Of a DNA stretch of 64,000 nt, positions 19,238 to 28,665 are shown piece after piece (the stretch's first letter is position 1; each line of letters starts with the position of its first letter). The position numbers and the translations under genes were made by a program. Under the pieces are notes generated by a model that made no database searches, was not told the DNA's origin, and saw nothing but the letters and a program-made list of their open reading frames with translations. This DNA comes from an uncultured cyanobacterium (GTDB lineage Bacteria > Cyanobacteriota > Cyanobacteriia > Phormidesmidales > Phormidesmidaceae), in NCBI GenBank assembly GCA_963793265.1, contig CAWBZI010000006.1:256001-320000 (forward strand), given 5' to 3'.

Positions 19238-20706
19238 GGCAGCGTCCACCAAAATAGAAACAACAGTACAAGGCTCATAGAGCCAATCAAATGCTCAAGA
19301 TTTTCAGGCGCGTGAGATAGCTGAATGCGCTTTGCGATCGCTGCTTTTTGAAAGAGACTATGCAGCAACCAGCCGCCGCCAGCCGTAGCAAAAGCCTTTA
19401 CTAAATTGTTGACGGTGTAGACTTCAGGCTGTAAGGCGCTGATAAAAACCAGGCTAACTAGCGATAGCGCCGCCGCTATCCAAAAGCCTCTCGTAAGCTG
19501 GGAGGCCACCTTTCTAGAAAACGGTAAAAAGATAAACTTACCCATCACCGCAGCCGTCCCCACCGCAGCGACATTCATCGCTACAGACTGCCAGCCGCTC
19601 AGCTGATCTAGCGTTAGGGCTTTCGCGTTAAAGCCTGCTAGCACCGGAATTCCACAGACAGACAGGCTCGCGCCTGTCACCACCGCCCAGTGAGAAAAGG
19701 GTAGAGGCGATCGCTGTAATTCATCAAACTGACGGCTCGGCAAATTGCCCACCGACAAAAACAGCACGACCTTTGCTAGCCCATGAGTCAGTGCGTACAG
19801 TCCAGCCGCAGCAGGAGCAACCAGCACAAATCCCAACTGCGAAATCGTGCTCCAGGCCAGTGTCCGCTTGGTGTCTTTTTCGAGCAGGGCGCAGCTCGTG
19901 CCCAATATGGCCGTGCCCACGCTGAAAAGTTGCAGCATCGGCCCAATCTCTTCAACCAGCAGCGCGCAGCGTACCAGCGGAAAAATGCCTGTTTTCACCA
20001 CCGCGCCAGAGAGCATCGCAGAAACCGGCGTATCCACTTCGGCATGGGTGAGCGGTAGCCAGAGGCCAGAGACAAAAACACCGCCTTTGGTGAGTAAGCC
20101 TAGTGCGATAAGTGCGATCGCTTCTCTTGGCGCGTTGCTCAGTCCTTCAAAGGCAAAAGAATGATTAGCCTGATAAACCAGCACCGCCCCCATCAGGTAG
20201 AACAACATAGCCGTGTTGCTCACAAACAAATAGCGCAGGCCCACCCAAATATTACGATCTTTGCGCGGATAGACAATCAACAGAAAAGCGGCCACGCCAA
20301 TCACTTCTAGCGCTACATACAAACTCATAAAGTCTGCGCAGATAAAAATAGAGTTCATGCAGCCGTGTAGCACCGTCACCTGAGCAAAAAAGAACGCTGT
20401 CTTATCGCTCACCGCTCCTGTTCTCGGCCAGCAGTAAGACACAACGGCCATCGTCACCAGCGCATTCATTAAAATGAAATAGCCGCTAAGCGAATCAGCC
20501 ACTAGCGTCACGCCAAAGCTATCGATAAGCTGAAGGTTAGTAGGGGCAAATACAGCAATTCGATATAGTCCATAAACAGCTGAAATCGCAGCCATGCTGG
20601 CTGTTAGATATCGATCTAGCTGAGGTAGCAGATAAACGCTGAATCCCAAAAATAAGGGCAGCGCTATCCATACCACCGTCACCGCACCCAAAGCGTCAGT
20701 AATCAT
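19234..20706 (-). CDS. mnhD: Mrp/Mnh antiporter subunit D (NdhD5-like)
   Basis: Polytopic membrane protein; LYVALEV, WLPLTH....PVSAMLSG, KRTLAWSTISQLG. Confidence 0.85.
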   Translation of the reverse strand: MITDALGAVTVVWIALPLFLGFSVYLLPQLDRYLTASMAAISAVYGLYRIAVFAPTNLQLIDSFGVTLVADSLSGYFILMNALVTMAVVSYCWPRTGAVSDKTAFFFAQVTVLHGCMNSIFICADFMSLYVALEVIGVAAFLLIVYPRKDRNIWVGLRYLFVSNTAMLFYLMGAVLVYQANHSFAFEGLSNAPREAIALIALGLLTKGGVFVSGLWLPLTHAEVDTPVSAMLSGAVVKTGIFPLVRCALLVEEIGPMLQLFSVGTAILGTSCALLEKDTKRTLAWSTISQLGFVLVAPAAAGLYALTHGLAKVVLFLSVGNLPSRQFDELQRSPLPFSHWAVVTGASLSVCGIPVLAGFNAKALTLDQLSGWQSVAMNVAAVGTAAVMGKFIFLPFSRKVASQLTRGFWIAAALSLVSLVFISALQPEVYTVNNLVKAFATAGGGWLLHSLFQKAAIAKRIQLSHAPENLEHLIGSMSLVLLFLFWWTLP

Positions 20707-21068
20707 GACGTGTAGCTCTCCTCAATCTCATGGCAGTCCAACGTTGGATTGTCTTTAGAGAGTTTCATTACGCCCACTAGCATGAGCGCTTGAATAGAAA
20801 AGCCGATGACAATAGCAGTTAGAATCACCGCTTGAGGCACCGGATCGGCATAGGCTACCGCTTCGAGACTCGCCGCTTCAATACTCTCAGGAGACACTGC
20901 AATCGGCGTGGCGATACCCGTACGAGAGGCGATCACCACATAATAAGCAATCACCCCCGTGCTCATCACGTCCATGGCGATTGTTTTCATCACTAAATTT
21001 TTCTTGAAAATAATGCCAAAGAATCCGAAGAAAACAGTGGCAAACACAAACGCTTCTAAAACAGGCAT
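20703..21068 (-). CDS. mnhC: Mrp/Mnh antiporter subunit C
   Basis: DPVPQAVILTAIVIG motif. Confidence 0.9.
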   Translation of the reverse strand: MPVLEAFVFATVFFGFFGIIFKKNLVMKTIAMDVMSTGVIAYYVVIASRTGIATPIAVSPESIEAASLEAVAYADPVPQAVILTAIVIGFSIQALMLVGVMKLSKDNPTLDCHEIEESYTS

Positions 21069-21137
21069 GAGTTCTATCTAAACGTAAGGGCGCAAAAGAT
21101 GCGCCCAGTATAATAATCTCGTCATTTCGTCGCAACT

Positions 21138-22817
21138 TTAGGCGTAGGCAGCGGCCATCCCAGCAGTGTCATTCTGTTGAATAGCGCTAGCGGCTGATGC
21201 GATCGCCTCACGCCTTCTGGCACAAGCATACTGCGGCGCAATCAGCTCAAATACGCCCAAATCTTCCAGCCGCTTTTTCGTCTGACCGGTCGCCCCCGAA
21301 ATAAACACGTGGCGTCCTTTCTCGACCGCCTCTTTCACCGCATTTTCTACCGCCAAAGAAGCCGTCACACCTAAGTGAGGCACACCGCTTAAGTCAAAAA
21401 CAATCGCATCACAGGCCCCAATCGCATTGTGCTCACGAGAGATTGCTTTGGCCACGCCAAACAGCATCGGCCCGCTCAAAGAGAACAACAGCAGCCGCCC
21501 TTTTGCCTCATCCAAAAAGCGCTTTTCGTCTTCACTTAGCGCCACCGCATCGTCAGCATCTGTAATCGTTTGCACCGACTCAGACTGCAACAGACTCATC
21601 CGCTCAATCGTCAGCACGTTCGCAACAAATACACCAATACCCACCGCCGCAATCAAGTCCACCAGCACCGTCAGCAAAATCACGCCGTACATAATCAAAG
21701 CCCCTTTTACAGAAACCTTGTGCGCCCGCTTCAAAAAGTCCCAGTCAATAATATCGACCCCAACTTTTAGCGCAATTCCTGCAAGCACCGCTAGCGGAAT
21801 CGTTTCTGCCAGGTTTGCCGCGCCCAAAATCACCACCAGCAAAACCCCGGCCCGAGTCAGCCCCGAGAGCGCCGTTCTACCGCCCGATTGAATATTTACC
21901 ACCGTGCCCATCGTGGCCCCGGCCCCCGGAATGCCGCCAAACAAACCCGACATAATATTGCCGAGGCCCTGTCCAATCAGCTCCTTATTAGAGTTGTGCT
22001 CCGTGCGCGTCAGGCTATCGGCCACCATCGAAGTTAGCAGCGCATCAATACAGCCCAACATCCCGAGTACAGCAGCATCTACCATCATAAGCTGGAGCTG
22101 ATCGCCACTGAATGTAGGCGTTTGAATAGCCGGAAAGCCCATTGGGATCTCGTTAATTCTGCGAATGTCTATCCCTGGAAACAAGAACAAAGAGAGCATA
22201 GTGCCTGCAATCAGGGCAACCAACTGAGGGGGCACCAGCTTTTTAAAGCGAGCGGGCATGAACCAAATAATAGCCACCGTAATTACGGCCAACGCAGTCT
22301 CAGCGGGCTGAATATTACTTACCAGATCAGGAATTGCTGCCAGCGTGCCCGTGATACCGCCAGATGGACTTGCCTGCCCTAAAAAAGGAGCAATCTGCAA
22401 AATCACTAAGATAATACCGATCCCAGACATAAAGCCGGAAATTACGGTGTAGGGCATCATCGTTACGTACTTGCCTAGCCGCAGCAGACCAAACACAATC
22501 TGGAACACCCCGGCCATCATCACGACGGTAAAGGCCATCGCCATACCATTGTCAGCATCGGCAGCAATCAGGTTAGCGATGACCGCGGTCATGACAACCG
22601 TCATCGGGCCAGTCGGCTCAGAAATTAAGGTAGGCGTGCCGCCGAAGAGGGCTGCAAAAAAGCCGATTAGCACCGCGCCCCATAGGCCCGATACCGCGCC
22701 CGCGCCCGAGGCGACGCCAAAGGCTAAGGCCATAGGCAAGGCAATCACAGCCGCCGTAACCCCGCCAAATAGGTCACCTTTTACGTTTCTAAGATTAATT
22801 CGGTTTGTTATCTGCAT
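21138..22817 (-). CDS. bicA: SulP/SLC26 Na+-dependent bicarbonate transporter with STAS domain
   Basis: MQITNRI.L.N.KGD.FGG.TAAVIALPMALAFG, SEPTGPM, GAGATMGT; C-terminal STAS; heads the mnh operon. Confidence 0.88.
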   Translation of the reverse strand: MQITNRINLRNVKGDLFGGVTAAVIALPMALAFGVASGAGAVSGLWGAVLIGFFAALFGGTPTLISEPTGPMTVVMTAVIANLIAADADNGMAMAFTVVMMAGVFQIVFGLLRLGKYVTMMPYTVISGFMSGIGIILVILQIAPFLGQASPSGGITGTLAAIPDLVSNIQPAETALAVITVAIIWFMPARFKKLVPPQLVALIAGTMLSLFLFPGIDIRRINEIPMGFPAIQTPTFSGDQLQLMMVDAAVLGMLGCIDALLTSMVADSLTRTEHNSNKELIGQGLGNIMSGLFGGIPGAGATMGTVVNIQSGGRTALSGLTRAGVLLVVILGAANLAETIPLAVLAGIALKVGVDIIDWDFLKRAHKVSVKGALIMYGVILLTVLVDLIAAVGIGVFVANVLTIERMSLLQSESVQTITDADDAVALSEDEKRFLDEAKGRLLLFSLSGPMLFGVAKAISREHNAIGACDAIVFDLSGVPHLGVTASLAVENAVKEAVEKGRHVFISGATGQTKKRLEDLGVFELIAPQYACARRREAIASAASAIQQNDTAGMAAAYA

Positions 22818-22837
22818 ATTTCAGCCCTCTTCCGGGC

Positions 22838-22884
22838 ATAGACTAAATGCTATGAAAAATTTTATTCCATTGATTCAAGTCTAT
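22838..22884 (-). promoter_or_regulatory. NdhR/CcmR (LysR) operator: ATAG-N8-CTAT at 22838-22853 plus degenerate ATTG-N8-CTAT at 22869-22884
   Basis: Exact consensus match 20 bp upstream of bicA, a known NdhR target. Confidence 0.75.
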
Positions 22885-23190
22885 TCTAAATCCGTCATAG
22901 CCTCTTATAGGAAGATGTAAACATTTATAATGTCAGCCAAAAAAAATCCTGATAGGTGGATCTATTTATAGTGCGAAGAAAGTGGGCTAGCCCTATATCA
23001 GTAACAGGCCCAAAATTTTATACCAGCTTCATACACAGCATCCTGACGGCAGAATTTTTGATTGGAAGTGGTAAAAAGTGCCAAAAAAGCGACGATGTTG
23101 AATTCAACTATTCCTCCTCTATAGACCGCAAGCCTCACGTTTGTACGCTTGCCTTCAGGTCGAGATAGAAGCTGCTGATAATCACTACTT

Positions 23191-25419
23191 ATGTCTACCT
23201 CTTCAAAACGACCCTCTGAGCAATCATTTGAGCAATCCCCTAGCAGTCGCAATCAGCAATCAGCTAACTTTTCTGAAATTGAAAGAACCCTAACCCCCAT
23301 CATTAAAGATTCTAAGAAGGTTACTGAAGTTCTTAAGAAAATTCGGAAGTGGACGAATGGAGAACCCTTCTTAACGCAGCTCATTAGCAGCTACGTCATC
23401 AAGTGTGCCGACCAGATAGGTGAGGAGATAGCCGCTACTATCGTGGATGGCATTGTCGAGGTCAAAATAGTTAAGAACTGGGAAAAGAACGCGGCGTCTG
23501 TTCATCTCAATAAAGTTTGTGAGCCGCTTGTAAATTACAGCATTAGAGATGCTCTTTTAATTTCGTATATTCAGATCCTGCAAAGAGGCGCGATCGCCTA
23601 TACGCAGAGCAGTGAACAGGAAGTCTTGATAAGTTCTGGGCTGGTCACACTCAAAGACGGACAGCTCAAAGTTGCCAATGCCATCTATACAAAAGTTTTT
23701 GATCTGAGCTGGGTAGAGACGCTGCTGCCAGGGATTACTCGGCCTGTCTCTATTGTCTCAACAACTTCAGCCAGCAAAATGCCGCGGTGGCGCAGCCTCT
23801 CCTATAGAGAGTCACGCGGGCGGCTACTGGCGGCTGTGGGCCTTTTTACAGGGTTAACGCTGCTTGCTGTGGCAGCTTACTTCAGCCTGATTGAGAAAGT
23901 AGGCCCAACGAGCGAAAATTCCGCGCCACTGACCACAAGTTCTGAAGAGATAGCGGCTGAGGCTATTGCGCCCTCAAAAGCTGGACAAACGCTGACTCAG
24001 CTCACGCTACTAGGTGATACTTTTAGCGGCTACAGCACTTTTCGTAATACCGACTTTCAGTCTGTGCTAAAAGAGACGGGTATTGAGATTAACTACGGCA
24101 GTGAGTTTGATCAGACGCTTAGAGTTCAGAAATTGAATCAGGGCGAAGCAGACCTCATAGTGACGACGCTTGACCAGTTTTTGCAGCAGCAGCCCAAAGG
24201 CAAAATTGTTGGCTTGATAGACCGCACAGTGGGCGCTGACGCTGTGGTTTTGAACACAAAACGCTTCCCTGAACTTAAGTCCTTACTGGATTTGGAGGCA
24301 GTCGTACAAAGTGCAAAACAGCAGGGCAAAACGCTGGGTATCGCCTATGCAACCGATACGCCTAGTGAATATTTAGCAATGGTGCTAGACGCCCAGTTTG
24401 ATACCTTTGACCTATCAAACTTTCAACTTGAGCCAGCAGCCGATGCCTCAGAAGCCTGGGCGCTCCTGCAAAACCCAACGAGCAATATAGCGATCGCAGT
24501 TCTTTGGGAGCCCTACGTCACCCAGGCCCGACAAAAGGGCTACAGCGTCGTGCTCTCCAGCGCCGACGTGCCTAATACTATCGTCGATGTGATTGTGGCT
24601 TCTGATAGATTAATCGCGTCTAATCCAGATGTGATCTCACGATTTTTAGGAAATTACTATCGACGCATTGACGCCAACGCGAGAGACGCCACACAGCTTC
24701 AAACGCAAATTGCTGAAGACGGCAACCTCTCGGTGAGCAATGCGGTCACGATTATTAATGGCATCAGTTTCTTTACCGCAATTGAAACTCAAGCGTGGAT
24801 GAACGAGGGTATTTTGTCTCAGCGGATTGGCGCAACGGCGGCTGTTTTGTCATTGGCCAATCGACTAAAACCCGCCCAGCTAGAGCGCGTCACAGCGAAT
24901 ACAGACGCTTTTTACACATCACAATTTGTCACTGAAGCAGCCAGCAATACTCAAACCCTCATTGATCTTATTCGAGCCGATAACCCCGCTCTAGCAGATA
25001 AGCTAGCCGGTCAAGGAGATGCGACTACCGGCCCTGACGTTTCGGCTGCGCAAATTCAGCAGGCCGCTGATATTGGGAACCTAAAGGTTCGGGGCGAAGT
25101 TAGCTTTACGGCGGGGGCAGCAGAGCTAACAGTAGCAGGCAAGCAAACACTTGATCGGCTAGCAAGCGAACTCAAAGCATTTAACGGACAAAGCGTTGCC
25201 CTTCGAGTGATTGGTCATACCTCTCGTACGGGAGAGGCTGCTCTCAATCAGCAGCTAAGCGAAGAGCGGGCGCGCGTTGTCGCGAACCACCTAAAGGGTA
25301 CGGGGGTGACGATGAATATCTTGTCTGAAGGAAAAGGGTTTAGCAGTCCCCTGCCCAATGTTGATCCGGCTGCTGCTCAAAATCAAAGAACTGAAATTAG
25401 ACTGGTGCGGGTCGAATAA
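23191..25419 (+). CDS. Membrane protein: N-terminal AAA_35-associated helical region, one TM, periplasmic SsuA/THI5-like substrate-binding domain, C-terminal OmpA domain
   Basis: WTNGEPFLTQ...SGLV...LKVANAIY.KVF; TM near aa 213-235; D.FSGY, D.TVGADA, WEPY; IGHT.......NQ.LSE.RA..V, NQR.EI. Confidence 0.7.
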   Translation: MSTSSKRPSEQSFEQSPSSRNQQSANFSEIERTLTPIIKDSKKVTEVLKKIRKWTNGEPFLTQLISSYVIKCADQIGEEIAATIVDGIVEVKIVKNWEKNAASVHLNKVCEPLVNYSIRDALLISYIQILQRGAIAYTQSSEQEVLISSGLVTLKDGQLKVANAIYTKVFDLSWVETLLPGITRPVSIVSTTSASKMPRWRSLSYRESRGRLLAAVGLFTGLTLLAVAAYFSLIEKVGPTSENSAPLTTSSEEIAAEAIAPSKAGQTLTQLTLLGDTFSGYSTFRNTDFQSVLKETGIEINYGSEFDQTLRVQKLNQGEADLIVTTLDQFLQQQPKGKIVGLIDRTVGADAVVLNTKRFPELKSLLDLEAVVQSAKQQGKTLGIAYATDTPSEYLAMVLDAQFDTFDLSNFQLEPAADASEAWALLQNPTSNIAIAVLWEPYVTQARQKGYSVVLSSADVPNTIVDVIVASDRLIASNPDVISRFLGNYYRRIDANARDATQLQTQIAEDGNLSVSNAVTIINGISFFTAIETQAWMNEGILSQRIGATAAVLSLANRLKPAQLERVTANTDAFYTSQFVTEAASNTQTLIDLIRADNPALADKLAGQGDATTGPDVSAAQIQQAADIGNLKVRGEVSFTAGAAELTVAGKQTLDRLASELKAFNGQSVALRVIGHTSRTGEAALNQQLSEERARVVANHLKGTGVTMNILSEGKGFSSPLPNVDPAAAQNQRTEIRLVRVE

Positions 25420-25533
25420 GATACTTCTCATTAATTAAATACTTTTACAAATCACACTGATGACAGATCAAACCTTCCTGCACTCTGCCTTTTTATAGAA
25501 GGGTAAGCCGCTAAAAAAATATAGGACATCCCC

Positions 25534-25965
25534 ATGAGCCAAGCTTCTTCCACAGTAGGAACTGTCTCTGCAAACACTTCACCGAACACTTCACTGGCCA
25601 TGCCCACGGCTATTCAACAGTATTTTGATACGGTCAACGACAAGGCATTTGAACAAACAGCAGCGCTTTTTAGTGAAGCGGGTGAGCTAGTGCCGCCTTT
25701 TGAAAAGCCGATACAGGGGAAAGAGGCGATCGCACAATACCTCACAAAAGAAGCCAGCGATATGACCTTTCATCCTTCAGAATGCACACCTGCCGAAGAG
25801 CAAACCCCAGATAGTCACACCTTTCTAGTCAAAGGGAAAGTCAAGAACTCACTTTTCTCAGTCAATGTAGGCTGGCAGTTCGATCTTAATAGCGTTGAGG
25901 AAATTACGTTTGTGAAAGTAAAGCTACTCGCCAAGCTAGAAGAACTGCTCAAGCTCAATCGCTAA
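25534..25965 (+). CDS. Orange carotenoid protein C-terminal domain homolog (CTDH, NTF2-like)
   Basis: YFDTVN, L.PPFE.PI.G.EAI..YL, G.V...LF.VNV.W.F.LN, V.LLA...ELL. Confidence 0.85.
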   Translation: MSQASSTVGTVSANTSPNTSLAMPTAIQQYFDTVNDKAFEQTAALFSEAGELVPPFEKPIQGKEAIAQYLTKEASDMTFHPSECTPAEEQTPDSHTFLVKGKVKNSLFSVNVGWQFDLNSVEEITFVKVKLLAKLEELLKLNR

Positions 25966-26223
25966 AGAAAAGCTGACAAAAAGTCTTTGGAAACGAAAGG
26001 ATGATGCATGACTCGTCCAGACGTAAGAGACAACCGAATGTTCTGTTCTAACCTTTGAAGGTAGAAATCATTTGGTATCTATCACTACTATAAATGTACC
26101 GGCGGAAAGGCGTTTGTCTAAAGCGCTTCGCACTTAAGGAAGCCATTTTTACAGGCTACGCATAGCAGCGGTGAGTCGTTGCTATATCCACCGCCATTGA
26201 ACGCATTCATAGAGAATTATTTT

Positions 26224-26709
26224 ATGCCTATTTCAACTTCCACAGCCGATCAAAGCAAGCATGATGCTTCTGACTACACAGATGATTTTGCAGAGTACAA
26301 AGAGCAGTTCGGCAAGCTAAGCGCTGACGACAAACTTACTACGCTCTACAAAATCTACGATGGCTTGGGCGATAGCAGGATCGAAAACCCTGATGACAAC
26401 AAAGAGTCTGACAGTTCTTCTGAGCTATACAACCAGCTCAAAGACAAATCTCAAGACGATCAGCTACAGTTCATGCGTGACGCGCTCTCTGGCTCTGACA
26501 ATGCCCTAACAGGCCAGTACAATGAGCTATCTGATACTACAAAAATCGCACTGTGGTACCGCCTTGCTCAAGGCATGGATAAGAACGATGTTGTCGGGCT
26601 ACCTTCTGACTACAGCCTGTCTGATGAAGGCAAGGATTTGGTCAGCAAAATGAATAGCAATAGTTTCGAACAAAGCTACATTTTTGTTCGCGATGTTGTC
26701 GTTGGCTAA
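26224..26709 (+). CDS. Helical carotenoid protein (OCP N-terminal domain homolog), divergent and acidic
   Basis: F..LS.DDKL..LY, QLQFMRD, Y..LS...K.ALWYRLAQGM...V..P.DY.LS, FEQ. Confidence 0.75.
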   Translation: MPISTSTADQSKHDASDYTDDFAEYKEQFGKLSADDKLTTLYKIYDGLGDSRIENPDDNKESDSSSELYNQLKDKSQDDQLQFMRDALSGSDNALTGQYNELSDTTKIALWYRLAQGMDKNDVVGLPSDYSLSDEGKDLVSKMNSNSFEQSYIFVRDVVVG

Positions 26710-26744
26710 ATTGAGCCCTCTGCAAGCCTACTTATAGCGGTTAG

Positions 26745-26812
26745 GTCTAGTGAGGCACAGCCTTTAGGAGAGTTCTCCTGAGCGTAGCTGTACTTTACTA
26801 GACTATTTTTTT
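26745..26812 (+). terminator. Long hairpin followed by a T-tract after the HCP gene
   Basis: GTCTAGTGAGGCACAGC pairs with GCTGTACTTTACTAGAC, inner AGGAGA/TCTCCT stem, then TATTTTTTT. Confidence 0.7.
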
Positions 26813-26939
26813 GTCCGCGCGCATATGCCGATCCCATGACGGTTGATACCTACCTAAAGACGGAACACAACGCATCGTTGAGGTTGCTAAAACGGAATTA
26901 TCAAGAAATGTATATCTTATACGTCAAGAGGAATCAAAT

Positions 26940-27152
26940 ATGCTTCCACCTGGAGCACACGAGTTTATACTTACCCTGAAAAACGGCATTTGGTCGGTAG
27001 GCACTGCTTCCTGGCTTTTTGGCATTTCAGACAGAACAATCGCGGCTCTGATGGATGGCTATCTTTCTGCGCTTGATATCGTACAGCTATTTACAGCCGC
27101 TTTCTTTTTCGTAAGCTGGCTATTTCTAAAGCCAATGAGGCGACAGGTTTAA
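26940..27152 (+). CDS. Small hypothetical membrane protein
   Basis: 70-aa ATG ORF with GAGG RBS and two hydrophobic segments. Confidence 0.65.
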   Translation: MLPPGAHEFILTLKNGIWSVGTASWLFGISDRTIAALMDGYLSALDIVQLFTAAFFFVSWLFLKPMRRQV

Positions 27153-27276
27153 GGGCTGACTCTGATATCTATCTTCAGAGTCACTTGAGAGCGCAATACG
27201 TCTCTCATTTGAGCAAGGAAATCAAAAGAGAAAACCATTTAGATTATATGGGTTACACAATCTAAGGAGGACACAC

Positions 27277-27765
27277 ATGGCAGTCCGCTATTTCTCACTT
27301 GCAGTTGGCTTTATCTATACGCTTATTGGTCTTTTAGGATTTTTTCCTAGTTTCGTTACCCCGTCTCAGTCAATTCCCGAAATCATGACGTTGGTAGGCT
27401 CAGGCACTACTGCTGGATTCGGCTATCTCTTTGGGATATTTCCAGTCACCACGTTCACTAACATCGTTAATATCGTTGTCGGCATCATTGGTATCGCTGG
27501 CTTTTTGGGGACAGAGCCCGGCGCTCGCATTTTTTCTGATGCGCTAGCCGTATGGTTTGGTTTACTAACGCTGTTGGGGCTGTTGCCTGTTGCCAACACT
27601 ACATTCGGCCTAATGCCTATTTACGGCGCTAGCGTCTGGCTCCACCTGGCCACCGCCGTTTTGGCCGCTTACTTTGGCTTTGCTCGTGACAATGGTCGCC
27701 TGCAAAACGATCCGAATAAGCCTCTAGAAGTCGAGAACCCTTACGGCAACACACAATTTCTATAG
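27277..27765 (+). CDS. DUF4383 family membrane protein
   Basis: GLLGFFP, GYLFGIFPV, FGLMPIYG..VWLH; GGAGG RBS. Confidence 0.75.
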   Translation: MAVRYFSLAVGFIYTLIGLLGFFPSFVTPSQSIPEIMTLVGSGTTAGFGYLFGIFPVTTFTNIVNIVVGIIGIAGFLGTEPGARIFSDALAVWFGLLTLLGLLPVANTTFGLMPIYGASVWLHLATAVLAAYFGFARDNGRLQNDPNKPLEVENPYGNTQFL

Positions 27766-27789
27766 ACGTGGGTTAAAAAGTTAATAGCG

Positions 27790-27826
27790 AAAGGGGGGCA
27801 GATAGCAAATATCTGCCCCCCTTTTT
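27790..27826. terminator. Bidirectional intrinsic terminator
   Basis: Perfect 15-bp inverted repeat AAAGGGGGGCAGATA-gcaaa-TATCTGCCCCCCTTT between convergent genes. Confidence 0.85.
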
Positions 27827-27856
27827 AGATTATCGTACAGGCAAGAAAAACGATTC

Positions 27857-28456
27857 TTATGACGCGGTAGCGAACTCAGAAGAAATTTGCTTGAATTCAA
27901 AACCCGTACCGCCTTGCGCAGTCGGAATGCTATAGACAAGCTGATCAAAGTCTTGAGGTGTCTCTGTAGATGGGTTGTCAGGAATGACAAATCCTTTAGG
28001 TAAAAAAGTACCTCTGTGTTCAGGAGAGAGCAACAAGTTATAGGTACTACGACCAAACGGCTCTGCTAAAAAGACTTCTACAGTGCCGCGAATTTCAGTC
28101 TCAGCGTTCTCAACAACCGTTCGATCGGCGACGTTAGGTTGCAAAATGAACAAACCTGTATCTCTTGGCTGAAGCCGAATGCTATAAACTTGGCTATCGG
28201 GCGTGTTAGTTGCAGGCAGCACCCTGTCGTTGAGTCCGTTCACATCCCAAAAGGCGAGCAGTCCGGCGGCGGAGAGATCAGGATTTTGGGCGCGGAAGTT
28301 GATATTCAAACGGAAGTCGTCGCGATCGCTCAAATTCGCAATCGATAAAAAGTAGCCCTGAATAACCGTACGGCCTGCGCCTAGAATATCGGCTCTGGGC
28401 TGTACCAAAGGCTTAACCAACAGTTCAAAGTTAGAAACAACGGCTGAAATGGCCAT
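27857..28456 (-). CDS. Hypothetical protein (beta-rich)
   Basis: ORF with likely start at ATG 28456 (MAISAVV); FELLVKP...R..IQGYFL.I.N; no recognised family. Confidence 0.65.
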   Translation of the reverse strand: MAISAVVSNFELLVKPLVQPRADILGAGRTVIQGYFLSIANLSDRDDFRLNINFRAQNPDLSAAGLLAFWDVNGLNDRVLPATNTPDSQVYSIRLQPRDTGLFILQPNVADRTVVENAETEIRGTVEVFLAEPFGRSTYNLLLSPEHRGTFLPKGFVIPDNPSTETPQDFDQLVYSIPTAQGGTGFEFKQISSEFATAS

Positions 28457-28665
28457 GATAAAACGCTCTTTAAGTGTAGTGTGCGATATGAACAAGAGCA
28501 GCGTTTGGTGAACCCCGGCTGTTGTTCATGTTGCTATACTGGCTCAGACAAAGAGAAAGAACAGTACCCGCAGGGGTAGTCATATTCGCAGAGAAAATGG
28601 CAGAAAGCAGCTAAAAAAGACTGATAGGACAGTAGCAATTAAAAACCTCTGTGGTTCTTATAATT

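Noticed and set aside
16937..21068. Mrp operon lacking full-length MrpA as a novelty
   Set aside because: Split DUF4040/MnhB with MnhD is the usual cyanobacterial arrangement
22900..27190. Loose recurring motif (roughly CT-N3-AG-RN-RGA) upstream of several genes near 22902, 22946, 26052, 26850 and 27169
   Set aside because: Too degenerate and inconsistently phased to support without a MEME-type analysis
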